Assembly: GCA_040437565.1 (NCBI GenBank)
Contig: JBDOQK010000084.1
Span: 1-64,000, forward strand
Direction: 5' to 3'
Source: Albugo candida
Lineage: Eukaryota
Length of the DNA: 64,000 nt
This document shows positions 25,160 through 39,100 of the stretch, one piece after another. The first letter of the stretch is position 1, and each line of letters starts with the position of its first letter. A program made the position numbers and the translations under genes. The notes below the pieces were generated by a model. The model was not told where the DNA came from. It worked only from the letters and a program-made list of their open reading frames with translations, and searched no databases.

Positions 25160-28100
25160 CTCCCTCCTCGACTAAAAAGTTCCAATGCTTGACTTGGTCA
25201 CGAAAAAAACTTGAACTTCTTTGTCGAAATCGCTTTGGTTAGGAAATCAGCTAATTGCAGCCGAGTCTCAATGTACTCCAGATGACCATTCTTGGCCTAA
25301 ACATGATCGCGTACAAAATGATAGCGAATATCAATGTGTTTCGCACGATTCTGATGTACTTCGCTCTTTGCACTTGCGATTGAACTTCGGTTGTCTTCGT
25401 GTACACTGACTGGACCGTCAATCTTGATCTTCATCTCCATTGATAGACTCTCTTCTCACAACACTTCTTGAACGCACAATGTAAGTGCCACGTATTCGGC
25501 TTCCGCTGTACTCAGAGAGACACTGCCTTGCCTTTTTGAATTGAAAATCACTGGAGAATTGTTGATCATCACCATCACTCCTGACGTCGAACGTCGATTG
25601 TCCTTTTTACTTCCCCCATTGGCATCACTGAATGCACTTAGCATTAGCTCGCCAGACTTGCTTCCATAGCAAATTCTATTCATTTCCGTAGTCTTTAAGT
25701 AACGTAGAACACGAATAGACGCATTACAGTCTTCTTCACTTGGCTTTTCTAACTAACGACTCAATTGTCACACAGTGAACGCAATATCTGGTCTTGTTCC
25801 GTTAGCCACGTATAATAGTGACCCTACTAACGACCAATACGAACGATTCTCCATTCTTGGGTCCTTTTCTTCAGACTTGACCAGATTTTGACCTTCCACA
25901 CTTGAATTGTATACCGGTTTTGCCGTTACATGGTTCAACTTTTCTATGATTCTGGCGATCATGCACTCTGACTGATCTTGAGCTGCCTCACACTCACATT
26001 GTACTCGAGTTCGCTGCCGAGAATAGAACGCACTTTACTTAGCGTTTTTAGCTGAAAATGACCTAATAGTTCGTCTGCGATTTTCTTGATCGAGTTAGTC
26101 GAAACTTCCCAAACAAGCATGTCATTGGCTTATAGATCACGTATACCCATGAATCTTGGTCATCTTGACGAACAAATACACACGCGTCCGAAACGCATGC
26201 TTTGAATCCCATGTCCACAAAAACACGTGAAATTATCTTGAATCACGTAGCAGCAGCTTGCTTTAGTCTGTACGAACTTCATTTCAGCTTTAGAGCTTGA
26301 TCAGGTCGCATTTCAACACCTTGAGGCGTGTATATATACACATCTTCTTCCAACACATCATTAATAAATGCCGTGAAATCATCATCTTGATGGATTCTCA
26401 TATATTTATGACAGCATACTGCCAGGAAGATACGAATTGAATTTAGATTCGAAACAGGTGAGTACCTCTCTTAGTAATCAACTTTATAGGGTTGACGATA
26501 ACCTAATGCCACTAGTCGAGCCTTATAGCGCTCAATTTCAGTCCCCTCATTTCTTTTTATCGCAAAAACCCACTTTGTTCAAATTATTTTTTTGGAGGCT
26601 TCGCCAACGCCGTCCACGTGTTCATTGAATGTAATGGCTTTAGCTCGGTCTCAATTGCCTCACTCCACATCGTTGATCGTGAAGACTTCATCGTATCTTG
26701 ATATGTTGACAGTGTTTCCAGCGCTGCATTGGCTTGTTCATCTTCGAGGCGGTACCTTTTCTTTGCACGCTCCATTGATTCATCACTGATTGTAGTCACG
26801 ATGGCTTCTGATGTTCGAATCGGAACCAGAGCGTGAGAAGTGTTACTCCAAGGTGTTTCAAGTAGGGCATTGTGTTCACGCACTTGAGAGAAACCTTCTT
26901 GCCTCCTGGGCACAATGTATAGACTTGTATCCATATCGAAATCAGTTGGCTCCATAGTTACATCATCATTTCCAAATCGTGGTTGAGATGCATGCCCCAG
27001 ATCTTGACTGAGACTTGGACATCCAAACTCACCTGGACGCGAAATAGTTTGATCCTATCATGTCTGATCCCACACCATCGGTTCTTCGCTGCTTCAGGCA
27101 TGAATATCTGGTGATCGCTCCATGACATCATCATCGTCGTCTTGTGATGCATGCATGGTGTGAACTGACTATCCCAGAAATAAATGCACATATTTAGACT
27201 TCGGTAATTCTTGAAATATCACCGATCGCGTGATCTTCAGTCGTTGTGATTCATAATTCCAGACTCAGTATCCCTTGACATCACGTGCATACACCAAGAA
27301 CATGCATCAAAATATCTTTATGTCCATCTTATGCCGCTTTGCCTTTACAAGGGAACCGAAACCTTGAGCACCAAAAACTCGCATGTGTGATAAGTTAGGT
27401 TTGGTTCCGAAACATACTTCGAACGGTGTTTTACTCGGACTAGCAGCGCATGTAATTCGATTAGTCACATACACCGCGGTGTTAGTGGCTTCGGCCCACC
27501 ATTTTTTCTCAACGTGCATGTGATTTAGCATGGATCTTGCGCGCTCCGTGAGTGTTCTGTTCACTCGTTCTGGCATGCCGTTTTGCTGTGGCCAATACGA
27601 CACTGACGCTTGATGAATGATTCCCGATTTTCGACACACTTCTGCAAAACGCTTGTGTATATATTATCCACCGTTGTCGGTGCGAATACACTTTATTGTG
27701 GTGTTCCATGGGTTTTCCATCATCGAATTGTACTTGATAAATTTTTCCACCGCATCTGACTTGTGTATTATGGAATACACGACCACATATCGCGAATAGT
27801 CATCCAGAAACGCTACCACAAATTTTGCTCCACCCTGTGACCTGGTCTCCACTGGACCCATTACATCACTGTTAACTATCTGAAGCAGTGATGTGGTCTT
27901 TACTTCACCGTAGATTGCTTTCGGAAACGGTTTGAAGTCGACTTCCTAGTCACACATCCTTCACAGCTATCGTCGTTTCCATCATCGACAAAGGGCGAAT
28001 TTTTCATCTTGAATTCCTCGACACACTTTTTGAGGTTTCTCATGCCCTTGATCGGTAATTGTTCCAATTGTGCATGTCATATATTTTGACTGATTGGTCG

Positions 28101-29250
28101 AGCTCCATTTCCGACCTCTTCACTCGTGCTTGCTGATTCCAAAGTATCGCATTCCAGAACAAACAACTTTCCCTTTTGGGCCACTTGAGTCACCACGTCT
28201 TTGTCATTCTTAATCACACATGTCTTGTTGCTGAGGTAACATGAAAACTTTTTTAGACAATGCAGTAATTGAAAGGAGTCTACGATCCAGCTTCGGTACG
28301 CATGAGACATCGTCAATACGATTTGGCTTCTTGTTCTTAAGTACAACACAGATTGTTCCAACTCCATCAGCAGCCACTGACTCTCCATTCGCAACTAAAT
28401 TCTAACCGACTCGTCCTAAGAGCGAATCTCCACAAACTCACTTCGAAATGGGCACATGTGACTAACACTACTGTCGAGTAACCAACCAACCGAACCATGT
28501 TCAACAACTGTAAACGGCTGTTCGGTATTCTTCTTCTTTTTGTCTGGCTTCTTCCAGCAATCTTGTTTCTTGTATCCATACTTGTTGCAAATAAGACATG
28601 TCCCCGAGAAGTTGTTTCTTGATTCCTTCGACCAATTACTCCTGCTCTTGATGTTTCTTGTTCCCTTCAGAGCAATTTTCTTTTCGAGCAATGCCTTCGT
28701 AATCACGACGAAGCATCTCCTTGCCTCAAAATAGGTCGATGTCTTTTACGTTTCCTATGATCTTTATGATGTGGTTGTATTCATCCGACAAACTTCCAAG
28801 CCAAATCACGAGCATCTCATCGTGGGAAATTTCATCACCGATGGCTTGCATTGTCATGCACAATTCACCAAACTTGAGAAAATGTTCCATCACATTTCCT
28901 CCGTTCCGGATTTTGAACTCGTGAAGCTGCCGACGCATCTGTACCCGATTGGAAATGCTTCTATGGAGAAAGAACCTCTTCAAAATTTCACATGCTGTTG
29001 CAGTCTTTCCTGCGTTCCGAACCATGGACTGGAAACTTAGTTTTAGCATAGTACAAACATTTGCGAAGGCCTTCATGTCAATGACTTTCCATTGTGACAC
29101 ACTGGCGTCTCCTCCGCTTGGCGCTTTCGTCGCGTCAGTGTGTTCAAGCAGGCACTTCTTGGCCACCTTCATCCGTGCGTTGAATTTTCATACGAAGTAG
29201 TTGTCTTCGTTAAGCACATCGTTTCCATCAGCGGGTTTTTGCTCATAACC

Positions 29251-29385
29251 TGTTGTAATTGTCGGTAACTTGCAAAGGGAAAATTCTTCGCAGTGGGTCA
29301 AAAATGAAAAGTAGTATTAATCTTGAAACCTAGACATGTACTTAGCTATATAGTTCAATAGTACATAGGAGCTTCATCATCAACA
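29251..29385 (-). repeat. Copia 5' LTR (135 bp)
   Basis: TGTTG...CAACA termini, followed on the minus strand by GGTTATG and the gag start (MSKKPADGNDVLNEDNYF). Confidence 0.92.
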
Positions 29386-30699
29386 CTGAGATCGTCCGAT
29401 CCTGTTACATATAATGGTGTTCTTTGCGACCCGATAGCGTATCATGGACCCTGCCAACGATTGGTTGTTTTGCAGTAATTCGATAAGCTTTCTCATATAG
29501 TAGAGTGGCCAAAGCGGCAACTTAAATCACCACTCGAATCAAGAAAAGATAGTCGTCTGTGATCGCGTAAAGGATCATAATTCTAAAGAATACGGAGCGG
29601 AATTGAAGCCGCTTCACCAGCCCCTAAAACAACGAGTAAAGATCGACTACGTATTAATGTATGGTCACTTCAAAACGGGTACTCGATATTTGCAACTACA
29701 CTTTACCTCTAGTTTGCATGGGAATATACCATGCAAACCAAGGCTCTTCATATAAAGTAAGCTAATTATTGACGCTGATTGGAATCGCAGAAACCTTGTC
29801 TATTCGATTGATATGTCAAATCCATATTCACCTATGAAAGCTAGATTGGAGCAAGCTCATAAAAAAATTAATTCACTCTTTATGCACCAAATCAAATCGT
29901 TTTTGTCCCCTTTGATGCTTTGAAGTCTCTCACAAAGCATATGATGAGCATCGTATCTCCCGTTCATTCTAACTGACACTTCTGAAACGCGCTTGTAAAA
30001 AAGATTCAACATTTGATGAAGGCGATTATGGTGAATGTCCAGCAATGCTGCGACAGACTCAGAGCGGGCGTAAGCCATGAACGCAGATATCGAAGCAAAC
30101 AAGATAAGTGTATTAATTTTACTCAAATCCCACAGAGTTTTAAATGGTGTGTAGTTCACGCATCAATAAATACACCGGGGTCGTATTAGCTCATTTAAAC
30201 TGAGCTTCCGGTACTATCCATTGGGGGTTACAGTCAATTTTCTTCTATCCATAGTTCACTTATGTCCCAGAAATATCCATGACACGGTTCATGCAAATTT
30301 GAATGCCTTACTTATATTCGTTGAGGCCAATGAGAGTTCTTAGGTTCTACAAGGATGGTTCTGCGCTACTCTCGTCATCAATTCCCCAGACATTCTAAGA
30401 CTTCTAGATATCTTGGCATAAAAAAGCCGCTTTTTAGCAGTTTAAATAGGACTAGGATAGGAGTTGCACTTGCATTTCAATTTGCCTATATCGTACTCGG
30501 ATCAATGATCGTCGACGCTGAATAAAGCACCGAATGATCCTTGCGTTGCGAGTTGATCCACCAACTTTCCAAGTAAACTTCTTGCTTTTTCATGTGTACC
30601 GTGTAATTGAATCCACCATACGTGTACAATAAACGTGGTGTAAATCACGGAAATGCTGGAATTGCCGGCGTTGCTTATCGCTCGTCGCACAGACGACGC

Positions 30700-33300
30700 G
30701 TCTAATCAGAAAGAAGTGCAGAGTAACCGCTTAAAATGCAAGCCATAAACTTAAAACGGTTTGCTGATTTTCTTTTCTCTATGTAGGCCGACCAGTGGGC
30801 ACAATTGCACATGCAAGATGCGTTTATTGGGTCGGGATAATGATAACAAGTCCGTAGTAGAAAGAAGGACCCTCCAAAATTGTGCTGTGTGATCGCACTC
30901 GAGCAAGAAAGGTTGATTTGATTACACTGCGCCACGCGAACGCTGCGTGCACATTGGAACGACGGGTCCAATATCCAGAAACGAAATCGAACTGGCAACT
31001 TTCTATAGTACAGACGAAACTGTTTATTTTTGAAACTGGTAAAACACGTTGCCGAAGGTGCCAGGATATACCCATAAATGTCCCAACTTGTTCAGAATCT
31101 ATTGTGTCTAATCTTTTCAGTGTTGACCAATGTGTCAACATCAGATGGAACTTGATTGTTTCGAAAGGTTTTACGATAGTTTGAGAGTTGACAGCGTGGA
31201 ATAGATTTGAAAAAGGACTTCTCTATTTCCTTTGTGCTCCCACATAAAAGGTTCTAAAGCGAAGTTAGATCCAAGTTTTGAGACCGATTGTCGGGTGAAA
31301 ACGCTGTAATATTTGAGCCACTTCAATGTAAACAAGAAGTAGTAACTTTTCTTCATACATATATCCGATATCTTTACTGTTTATCGCTGTATTAATGTTC
31401 GACAGATTCTTCGTTCGTTGTCCATGTTTCCTTTTCTCTAGATTCCTGACGGGGTTCGTTCACTATTCCAAGATTGTACCAGATGTTTTGTGACTCGAAT
31501 TACGAGTAGCAAACTTCACAATGTAATTCTTGGCCGCATTGGACCCACATCGGTTGTTCCATGAAGTACTGAAGGCGTTGTGGAAAATTCAAATCTGGAA
31601 TTGTCATGCTCCAATCAGTCTGATTCTGCTTTTCAATGCGTGTTTCCAACACGAAGATTCTCTCTACCATTGTACAATTTTCCCTTGTCGATGTGGTCGA
31701 TGATGAATATATCTATAGGCTCGAGCGGTCCGAAGGAAGGATGGATAAGATATAATACTTCTTTCGAATCAGTTTTCCATGAGAGAAAATATTTGTCGAC
31801 GCATCGCATGCGAAGTAATGATGGAATCGAATACGTTGTAGCTTCAGTCGTCCCTTCAGAAAAGGAACTTGTAGTCCACCATCCTGTTGGCGAAGAACGC
31901 AAATTCTTTGCTGAGTAGGTGACCATGTTTTGAATCTCATTTGTGTTTCCGACCAAACACAAATAAATTGAGAATCCATTGCCACTGTCGAATAGTTTCT
32001 GCCAGTATGTTCAAGTGTAAATTGGATTGCCCCAAACGTGATGCAATCATCGTCTGCGCAAACAGTAGTCGACCTCGAAAAATTCTTGCACGTCGAACCA
32101 TATACCGAAATTATCATAAAAAGCTTTTCGAGAGTTGACGTGACCATCGAACACGTTGGTGTCTGGATAAAAAAAATGGCCAAGTAGGGAATACCAAGGA
32201 TGTGGCATGGTCCAATTTACCGAGAGAGAGGATGATTTGCACAAGTTGAAGTTAATACCTGATACATTACAATAGCCTGAAACAAATTCTAATTGTGTCA
32301 AAACATCTTTGAATTATCCAGAAAGCATTGAGGACTCGTCCGGAAGTAAAAGTCCAGTTGCATTAACCCTGCTGTTGTTTAAAATACCATGTTGATCACT
32401 CATGTTGACGAAGTAAGTTTTACTAACGTTCGATCGTCATTACGAAAAGCAACTTTGAGAGAGGATCGTCTTGATTGCCTCTGCCTTATGCTTTAATGGA
32501 CGGTTTGATGTTGCCATTGATGATCAACTTCTTCTTTCTGTTGGTGCATAGAACACCAGCCCACTTATCGAAACTTCCACACGGGGAAAACGAGCAATGC
32601 GTCACCGCATGAGACATCTTCCCAACGTGAAAAATGGTAGCTCACAATGTGGAAAAAGGGTATGCGACTCTTCTTGACTTCAAACAAACTTGTAGCGAAG
32701 TAAATTTGAATGATCTTTATCGTAATTTGAAATATCAGCATTGGAAATGTTTTATCGAGCGGTGTCTTTTGTCTTTTGTACACCCGCAAGAAGCTATGGT
32801 TGAGAAGGAATAGCAGTCTAACGTCTTCACGCCACAAAGGAAAGTGAAACAAGACGATTCTCTAAAGCATTATTTGACGAAGCCAGCGAATTTGGGTGAT
32901 TTAATAAGCCACCACAGAGAGTCTGACACCTGGATCAATTGCATAATTGGGCTCTTTTTACCGACTCTTCGACATTACTTTCCGATACACACTATGAATC
33001 TTTGACGCAAATCGAATTTATTCAAACCTATTCTGATACAGATGTGGTAGAAGGTCAACCTCATTGAAGAATCCTCACTTTGTAATATGCTGTGCCCGCG
33101 CGTTCCCAATCAACCAAATATAACTCAACAATCTCAAACAAATATCTTGACCTTTCATTTATCCACACACCAAAATACTTAAATGTAAAAAAATTCAAAG
33201 CTTGACACGTAATATTAAATATGGACATGCGCGTGCTACAGACGTGCCTTCTGTTGACGTTGACTAATTCGTGATGAAGCAAAAACAGTATCAAATATTG
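30700..33300 (-). mobile_element. Heavily decayed LINE ORF2 fragment (RT to zf-RVT), family shared with 46101-50500
   Basis: It encodes LLLPDESSML..YCNVSGINFNLCKS (post-YADD region), TTAAYSIPSL-like TTYSIPSL and RVLPV. Its DNA parallels the 46.5-47.8 kb element, for example TGTGATCGCACT, TCAGAATCTATTG and TCATCGTCTGCGCAA. Confidence 0.75.
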
Positions 33301-34147
33301 AGCATGACGTTACCTAAAAACGCGCCGATATTATTTGCTAGTTTTCGACGATGTGAAACGTTTTCGTTTCTATGCAGAATTACATCATATATTAGACTAG
33401 AGAGTCCATTTATTGTGGGAGGAATTGATATAAACCGACTTCATTTTTCTATCCTAGTTCGCGTCCAATGCTTCACTAAATACTCCTGCGATTTATATAA
33501 TGCTTCGACGGTTTTGCAACTCTATTGAGCTTGCTGCGAGAACACACAATCATACATGTACATTGAACACCTACCCGTGCGGCATAACTCCATCATAGAA
33601 AAGAGATAATGTATGATTACTGTATAGAGATCTTCTTCATTGGGAACAAGAGGAGGAGCGCAGCAAGAAAATACTTTGATTGCTCGTGATATTTTCATGA
33701 GAAATACATCAAGGCACGTTTTCTGCGCAAAGAAGCAAACATGATCGTCCCGTTGATGAGCGAAGAATGCGTTCACTTTATCCTCAACTTAGACCACACA
33801 TCTGATTGTTTTAATCAGTTTCCTGTATCATTCAGTGCCTCCAAGACGAAAGACCCAATTTTTCTTTATTCGTGTTAAGATATGGCTTGTCCATTTGAAA
33901 TATATATACTGGGCTATTACAGTTACCTTTAACGACCACGTTTATGAACACATCAAATGATTTGATAGTCGCCCCAGCGACTGAAGTATTAAACGTGCTG
34001 ATTCTGGCATTAATGTCAGAAATCCTTGTGCTCTAAAAACGATCTATTTGGGAATTGATATCGAACGATTTATGTATAGAGTGACAGAATGCCTAAGAAA
34101 TCACATAAGGCTTTATTTAAATACTGAATGCGACGTGGATTATATTT

Positions 34148-34550
34148 TTACAGATAGACCATTGGATCAATTGTCTTCCTATTATGAATTGCGCTCCATT
34201 CTTTGGTATTGTTTACTGTTATATTTTCACATAATTTTTTAAGAAGAATTATAGCAATGCGGGGATATGTCAACTTGCTAACATGAATCAGTCGTATCGA
34301 AAATAGAAGACTTGTTTGAGGAGCCAAATTTAGTCTTGATTCCGATTGTATTTGCTTCCAAAAAGCTGTATCATTATAGAAAGCTTCTTCGTACAACACT
34401 GTTATCTGATACTTGTCCTGGCGGATTGAACAATCTCGAAATGATATGCATCTATGACAGAATCTAGCAATTCTTGAAGAACTCACTTTAGTAGAGCTCC
34501 TGATGTTTGTACGTATAGGATATTCCATATGCCCTCAGATAATATGCACG
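34148..34550 (-). pseudogene. Possible CHxC-type effector relic cut at its 5' end by the Gypsy insertion
   Basis: A 126-aa frame contains FCHRCISFRDC, i.e. CHxC with TGT at the position where CCG proteins have Gly. It abuts the Gypsy TSD. No further homology was established. Confidence 0.3.
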
Positions 34551-34555
34551 ATGCA

Positions 34556-34728
34556 TGTAGGGCACGACGAAAAACGAAAGAGGATATATGTTTACGCAAG
34601 CGATGACGTCATGTAGAAATCCGGAAAAGAATCCAGTGAAGGATTCAGTAGGCTTAGATTATCACATGGTTGTGAACTAAGGACCTAATTGAACTTATAC
34701 TTTTCGTTTTACCAGCTCCTACACTACA
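34556..34728 (+). repeat. Gypsy-1 5' LTR
   Basis: TG...CA termini, direct repeat of 39531-39703, followed by the PBS. Confidence 0.95.
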
Positions 34729-34961
34729 TCTGGTAGCACTTGTTGGTAAGCGACAGTAACTCTAACCCTGACCCTGACCCTGACCCTGACGCTGACCCTG
34801 GACCCAATCCCCTGATTTGAACCTCACTCGGATCGGCTTCGAACGCCGATCCATCAAGTGTCTCAATTCAGGGCGCAAAAGTCATGAGCGTGCCTTCAAA
34901 CGCGGAGCTCATGCAAAGCATGCTTGCGATGAGGGCGCAGCAACCAGAGATGATGTGAAAG

Positions 34962-36137
34962 ATGGCCGAGGCGACAACGCTAAAAGACCTCCGACTTGAC
35001 GCAGTGCAGGCGCCTCGTTATAGTCGACAGATGCAAGACTCATTTGCTTTGTTTGAAGAACAAGTGCAACAGTGTTTTGAAGTGAGGCGTGTCGAGTGGA
35101 AGAACGCAACAATGACAGCCACGATTATCACAACTATCGAAACCATGCTCACCGGCACAGCGGCAGAGTGGTTTGTCTGGTCTCGAAATAGAGTGAATAC
35201 CGTCGATGAATTATTCTTTCACATTGAGCAAGAGTTTGTGCCCGCAGACATACAAATCCGGCTTCCTGATCAACTTTGGAATCTCAGTCAAGCGCAGTGT
35301 AGAGATCTTGGAGACTTTGTCAATCGCTTCCTACAGCTGATGATTCAAGTACGTAACATGAGTGACGTCGACTCTATCTTCAACTTCACTCAAGGCCTGA
35401 AGCATAAGACACGTGCTGAAGTTGAGTATCGCCGTTGCTCGTCTCTTAGTCAGGCAATAAATGTCGCATACGACTTCGAGCGTTCACATTTAGGCTTGGG
35501 GAGTTCAAGGCGTGCGCAACAATTTCGTCGACCAGAAATGAGGAATCATCAACGCTTCGAGGATCCCCAACCCGAGCCAATGGAGATTGACAATGTGCAA
35601 GTAGGGTCACGAGAAGAGTGCTTTCAACACAAGTTGTCTTTCTTTTGCGAGAAACCAAGACACCGACTCGCAGAGTGCTCGAAAAGGCCACAAAGTAGAA
35701 CAGTATCGAGGAGGATCGCGCGTGTGGGCATGATCGAAAGTGTTCAAGATTTAAGTGGAGAAGTTGACGAAGCTATCGTGTTTGATAAGTTTACGGTCAA
35801 TGCGGTACAAATGAGTTTGGTCAATAAGCAGCCATATTTATTGCGAAATACCGGTGCTATTGATGGCACACCAGTAACGATCCTGCTGGATTGTGGTGCA
35901 TCGACAAATGTGATTCGACCTGGATTGGCTGCCAAGGTTATCAGTACGCAACGCGGTCAGTTGAACCGGTTTAATGGGTCCCTTACCTCACCAGATGAGC
36001 TAGCAACGGTTGAGGCGACAGTGCACAAAAGGGAAGGAAAGTTTTCAAATATGACTTTCACGGAGACCCGTCTGGATGCCGATCAGGATGTGAATTTCTG
36101 GTCTTCCGTGGTTTCGAGAATACGCCCCGCAAATTGA
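34962..36137 (+). CDS. Gypsy gag-aspartic protease ORF (391 aa, truncated by a frameshift; element non-functional)
   Basis: Retrotransposon gag features (A.EW..., F.QGLK, PEPMEID), a degenerate zinc knuckle SFFCEKPRHRLAEC and the protease motif ILLDCGASTNVI. Confidence 0.85.
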   Translation: MAEATTLKDLRLDAVQAPRYSRQMQDSFALFEEQVQQCFEVRRVEWKNATMTATIITTIETMLTGTAAEWFVWSRNRVNTVDELFFHIEQEFVPADIQIRLPDQLWNLSQAQCRDLGDFVNRFLQLMIQVRNMSDVDSIFNFTQGLKHKTRAEVEYRRCSSLSQAINVAYDFERSHLGLGSSRRAQQFRRPEMRNHQRFEDPQPEPMEIDNVQVGSREECFQHKLSFFCEKPRHRLAECSKRPQSRTVSRRIARVGMIESVQDLSGEVDEAIVFDKFTVNAVQMSLVNKQPYLLRNTGAIDGTPVTILLDCGASTNVIRPGLAAKVISTQRGQLNRFNGSLTSPDELATVEATVHKREGKFSNMTFTETRLDADQDVNFWSSVVSRIRPAN

Positions 36138-39100
36138 CTGGAACTCAGGCCAATTTGTGCTACAGACTCAGCCCATATCCAGTAAACAGGAAGTTGCAGC
36201 GCGGGTAGAGCAGAACCCAAGCGATATCGTGTTCAGGCCATGAGGTCGGCCGTGCAGAATATATGTGCGCAGAAAGAATACGCAGAGCAGTTTCTGGTCA
36301 AGGTTTTGCTATGAAAGTTGACGACAATATATCAAACTCCCTTTGCGGCGTTATTAACGAGTACACCGATATTTTTCTATTGACGCTTTCAGGCGGACTA
36401 CCACCGGCACGTACGGTGCAATTCGACGTGGAAATGAAATAAGATGCGATTCCGGGCTCAAGAGCGCCGTTTCGTCTATCTAACACCGAGTAAGAAGCAC
36501 TTGAAACAGTCGTTGCGGACAACCTAAAGAAAGGCTGGATCGAAGTGTCCAATTCGCCGTGGGTGTCAAACATATTTGGCATTCCAAAGAAAGACCACGT
36601 ACCGGGACAAGCTCCAACCCGCGGCGAGTGGCTTCGGTCGGGGAACAGCTTGCAGCCAATTCGCTCGGTCATAGATTATCGTTACGTGAATAACCAGACC
36701 AAGATTCGTAAAATTCTACTCTCTCTCATAGAGGAGCTCTTTGATAGAATGGCAGGGTGCGCAGTGTTCACGGTGATTGGCTTGGCACAAGGCTACCACC
36801 AGATGCTCGTTAACAGTTCAAGTCACCAGTACACAGCATTTCGAATGCACAAGAAGACATGCCAGTGGTTCGTCGCACCAATGGGATTAGCGGGAATGCC
36901 GGGGGTGTGGTTACGCCTTATGCGCGTGTTCTTTGACAAGTTTGGATTCGTGGTTGTCTACCTGGATGACATTTGCACCTTCTCAGAGACGAACGAAGTA
37001 CACAAAACACATTTGTGCGTGGGTGTTTGAGATGCTTCGCCAGGAAAAGCTATATGCTCACTGAAGCTAATGCTCCTTCGGAAAATACAGTGTCGAGTTG
37101 GTTGGCCACACAGTTTCCAGGAATGAATTAAGCGTCGACAAGCGTAAGATATCGCAATGGAAACAATGGCCCCACCAACCACGAGAAAGGAGTTAATGAG
37201 CTTTTTGGCTTTCGCCGGGTACTACAGGAGCTTTATATGCTACTTTGCCAGAAAAGCACTTCTCTTAAGCGAACTGGTAAAGAAGGGCGTTTCTTGGGAG
37301 TGGTAGGATGCTCAGGACGAAGCATTTAGACGATTAAAAGTCGCGCTACAACAAGCACCTGTGCTTCAGCTGCCGGATTTTGCTACCAAGTTTATCGTCA
37401 CAACGAACGCGTCAGGTGTATGCATGAGCGGTGTCCTGTCTCAGCTTAGCAATGGAGAGGATCACCCTTTCGCGTTTTTCTCCAAGAAGTTGGGAATTCT
37501 CGAGTAAGAATGGCCGGCACACGAGCAAGAATGACTTGCGATCTAGAAGGCTCTCGCAAAGTGGCGCCATTATCTCCTTGGCCGTTCGTTTGATGTCTTT
37601 ACAGACAACAATGCGTGCCGTTGGATGCTTCATCATCCAAACATAACGCCAAAAATGGCGCGTATGCTTAACTTTTTCTCCCAGTTGTATTTTACGCTGC
37701 ATCACCTTAAAGGGACTTCCAATACTGTCGCCGACGCACTTTCGCGTCCGAGCGTCGTCAGTCCACCCACCCCGAAGCACCACCGTCAAGTCCGTCAAGT
37801 TCACGACTGCGGACCAGTGTGCGCTGACCGGGACGTCAATCTTCGACGTCATGGTCTGCACATTACGGTTGTATGCTTGCTCCTACGACACGATAAGGAC
37901 CTTCTCCTCGATGTGCGGGACTTTTCGGGGGTGGAGAAAGTGCACTAGGTGGGTGTATCTTAACTGCAACAGCGACGAATTCACGATACATTCCAGGAAA
38001 TTGATTTAATTATTTTAAGCATTCATCTCTCGTCTATCAAGAAGAGGGCGGTTTTGATCGGCTTCACCAAAGACCGCGAATAAGCGGAGGCGTTGAACTC
38101 GAATCACGACAAGTACGTGTTGCGGAACGGATTACTGTATGTCAAGATCAACCACGCCGTCAAGAGGCTGTGCGTTCCGGCAGATGATAGAGTTATCACC
38201 GACATTCTCCGGCACCATCACGATGGAAACATTGCAGCACATGCTGTTGTGCGTCCCACACAACTCAAGGTGGCGCAATGGTACTACTGGCCAAACTTAG
38301 CAAAAGACGTTCGAGAGTACGTACAAAGCTGCGGTGCGTGCGTGCGATGTAAGACGACACGTTCAAGAAAGATGGAAAGCTCATGCCAATCCCAATTCCT
38401 GAAGAATTCTGGGAAGTAGTTTTGATGGACTTCGTAACCGGCCTACCGGGGTCGAGAGGATTTGATGCTATCATGACACTGGTCGATAAACTCTTGAAGC
38501 GTCCCCGATATGCTGCTACACAGACGAACACCGATCCGCCAAAAGTCGCAAAACTATTTTTCTACGTCGTCATGCGTCATCACGGATTTACGAAGGTCAT
38601 CATCAGTGATCGAGATCCAAACTTCACTTCAAACTTTCGGAAGTCGCCAATGGCCGTTATGGGCACCAAGCTTTCAATGACGACAGCACACCGTGCACAG
38701 GCTGACGGACCGACAAAATTTAATTTTATAGGATGCGCTACGCTGCATGGTGTCGTATCATGGCGACGACTGGTCAACTCATCTCGCGACTATCGAGTTT
38801 ACTCATGCAACTCTGGTGAGCAAGTCAACACAGCTATCACCTTTTGAGTTTGACACAGAGCGACAGGTCAGCAATGCTATTTCTGGAGGGTTCAGTGGCG
38901 CCAGAAAAAAGCTCTCTATAGTCGATTATGCAAGACAATTTGAAGACAAGAGGCAAAAGATCATTAAACTCGCGCAAACCAACTTGGCCAAGGCTCAAGA
39001 AACACAAAAGGACTACAACGACAGGAAGTGTAGCAACGTGACATTCAAGGCTGGAGACATGATCATGATCGATGCCGGACACCTCAAACTACGTCACCAC

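Larger units (their letters stand above)
25025..29385 (-). mobile_element. Full-length degenerate Ty1/Copia LTR retrotransposon
   Basis: LTRs are at 25025-25159 and 29251-29385. The TSD CTGAG is at 25020-25024 and 29386-29390. GGTTATG follows the 5' LTR, and a polypurine tract lies at 25160-25168. Domain order is gag (UBN2-like), zinc knuckle CLICNKYGYKKQDC, protease WLLDS, integrase (FLDDYSR, IRTDNGG, PQQNGMPER), RT (LVGSLLY..TRPDI) and RNase H (FSDA..RRSTSG..SLSTAEAEY). Confidence 0.96.

Noticed and set aside
29700-30450. Possible Gypsy RT remnant on the minus strand (IFLGHK)
   Set aside because: A single short motif, too decayed to support.
34762-34815. (CCCTGA)n run as an interstitial telomere
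   Set aside because: Only about six imperfect units, lying inside the Gypsy 5' leader; better explained as an element-internal microsatellite.
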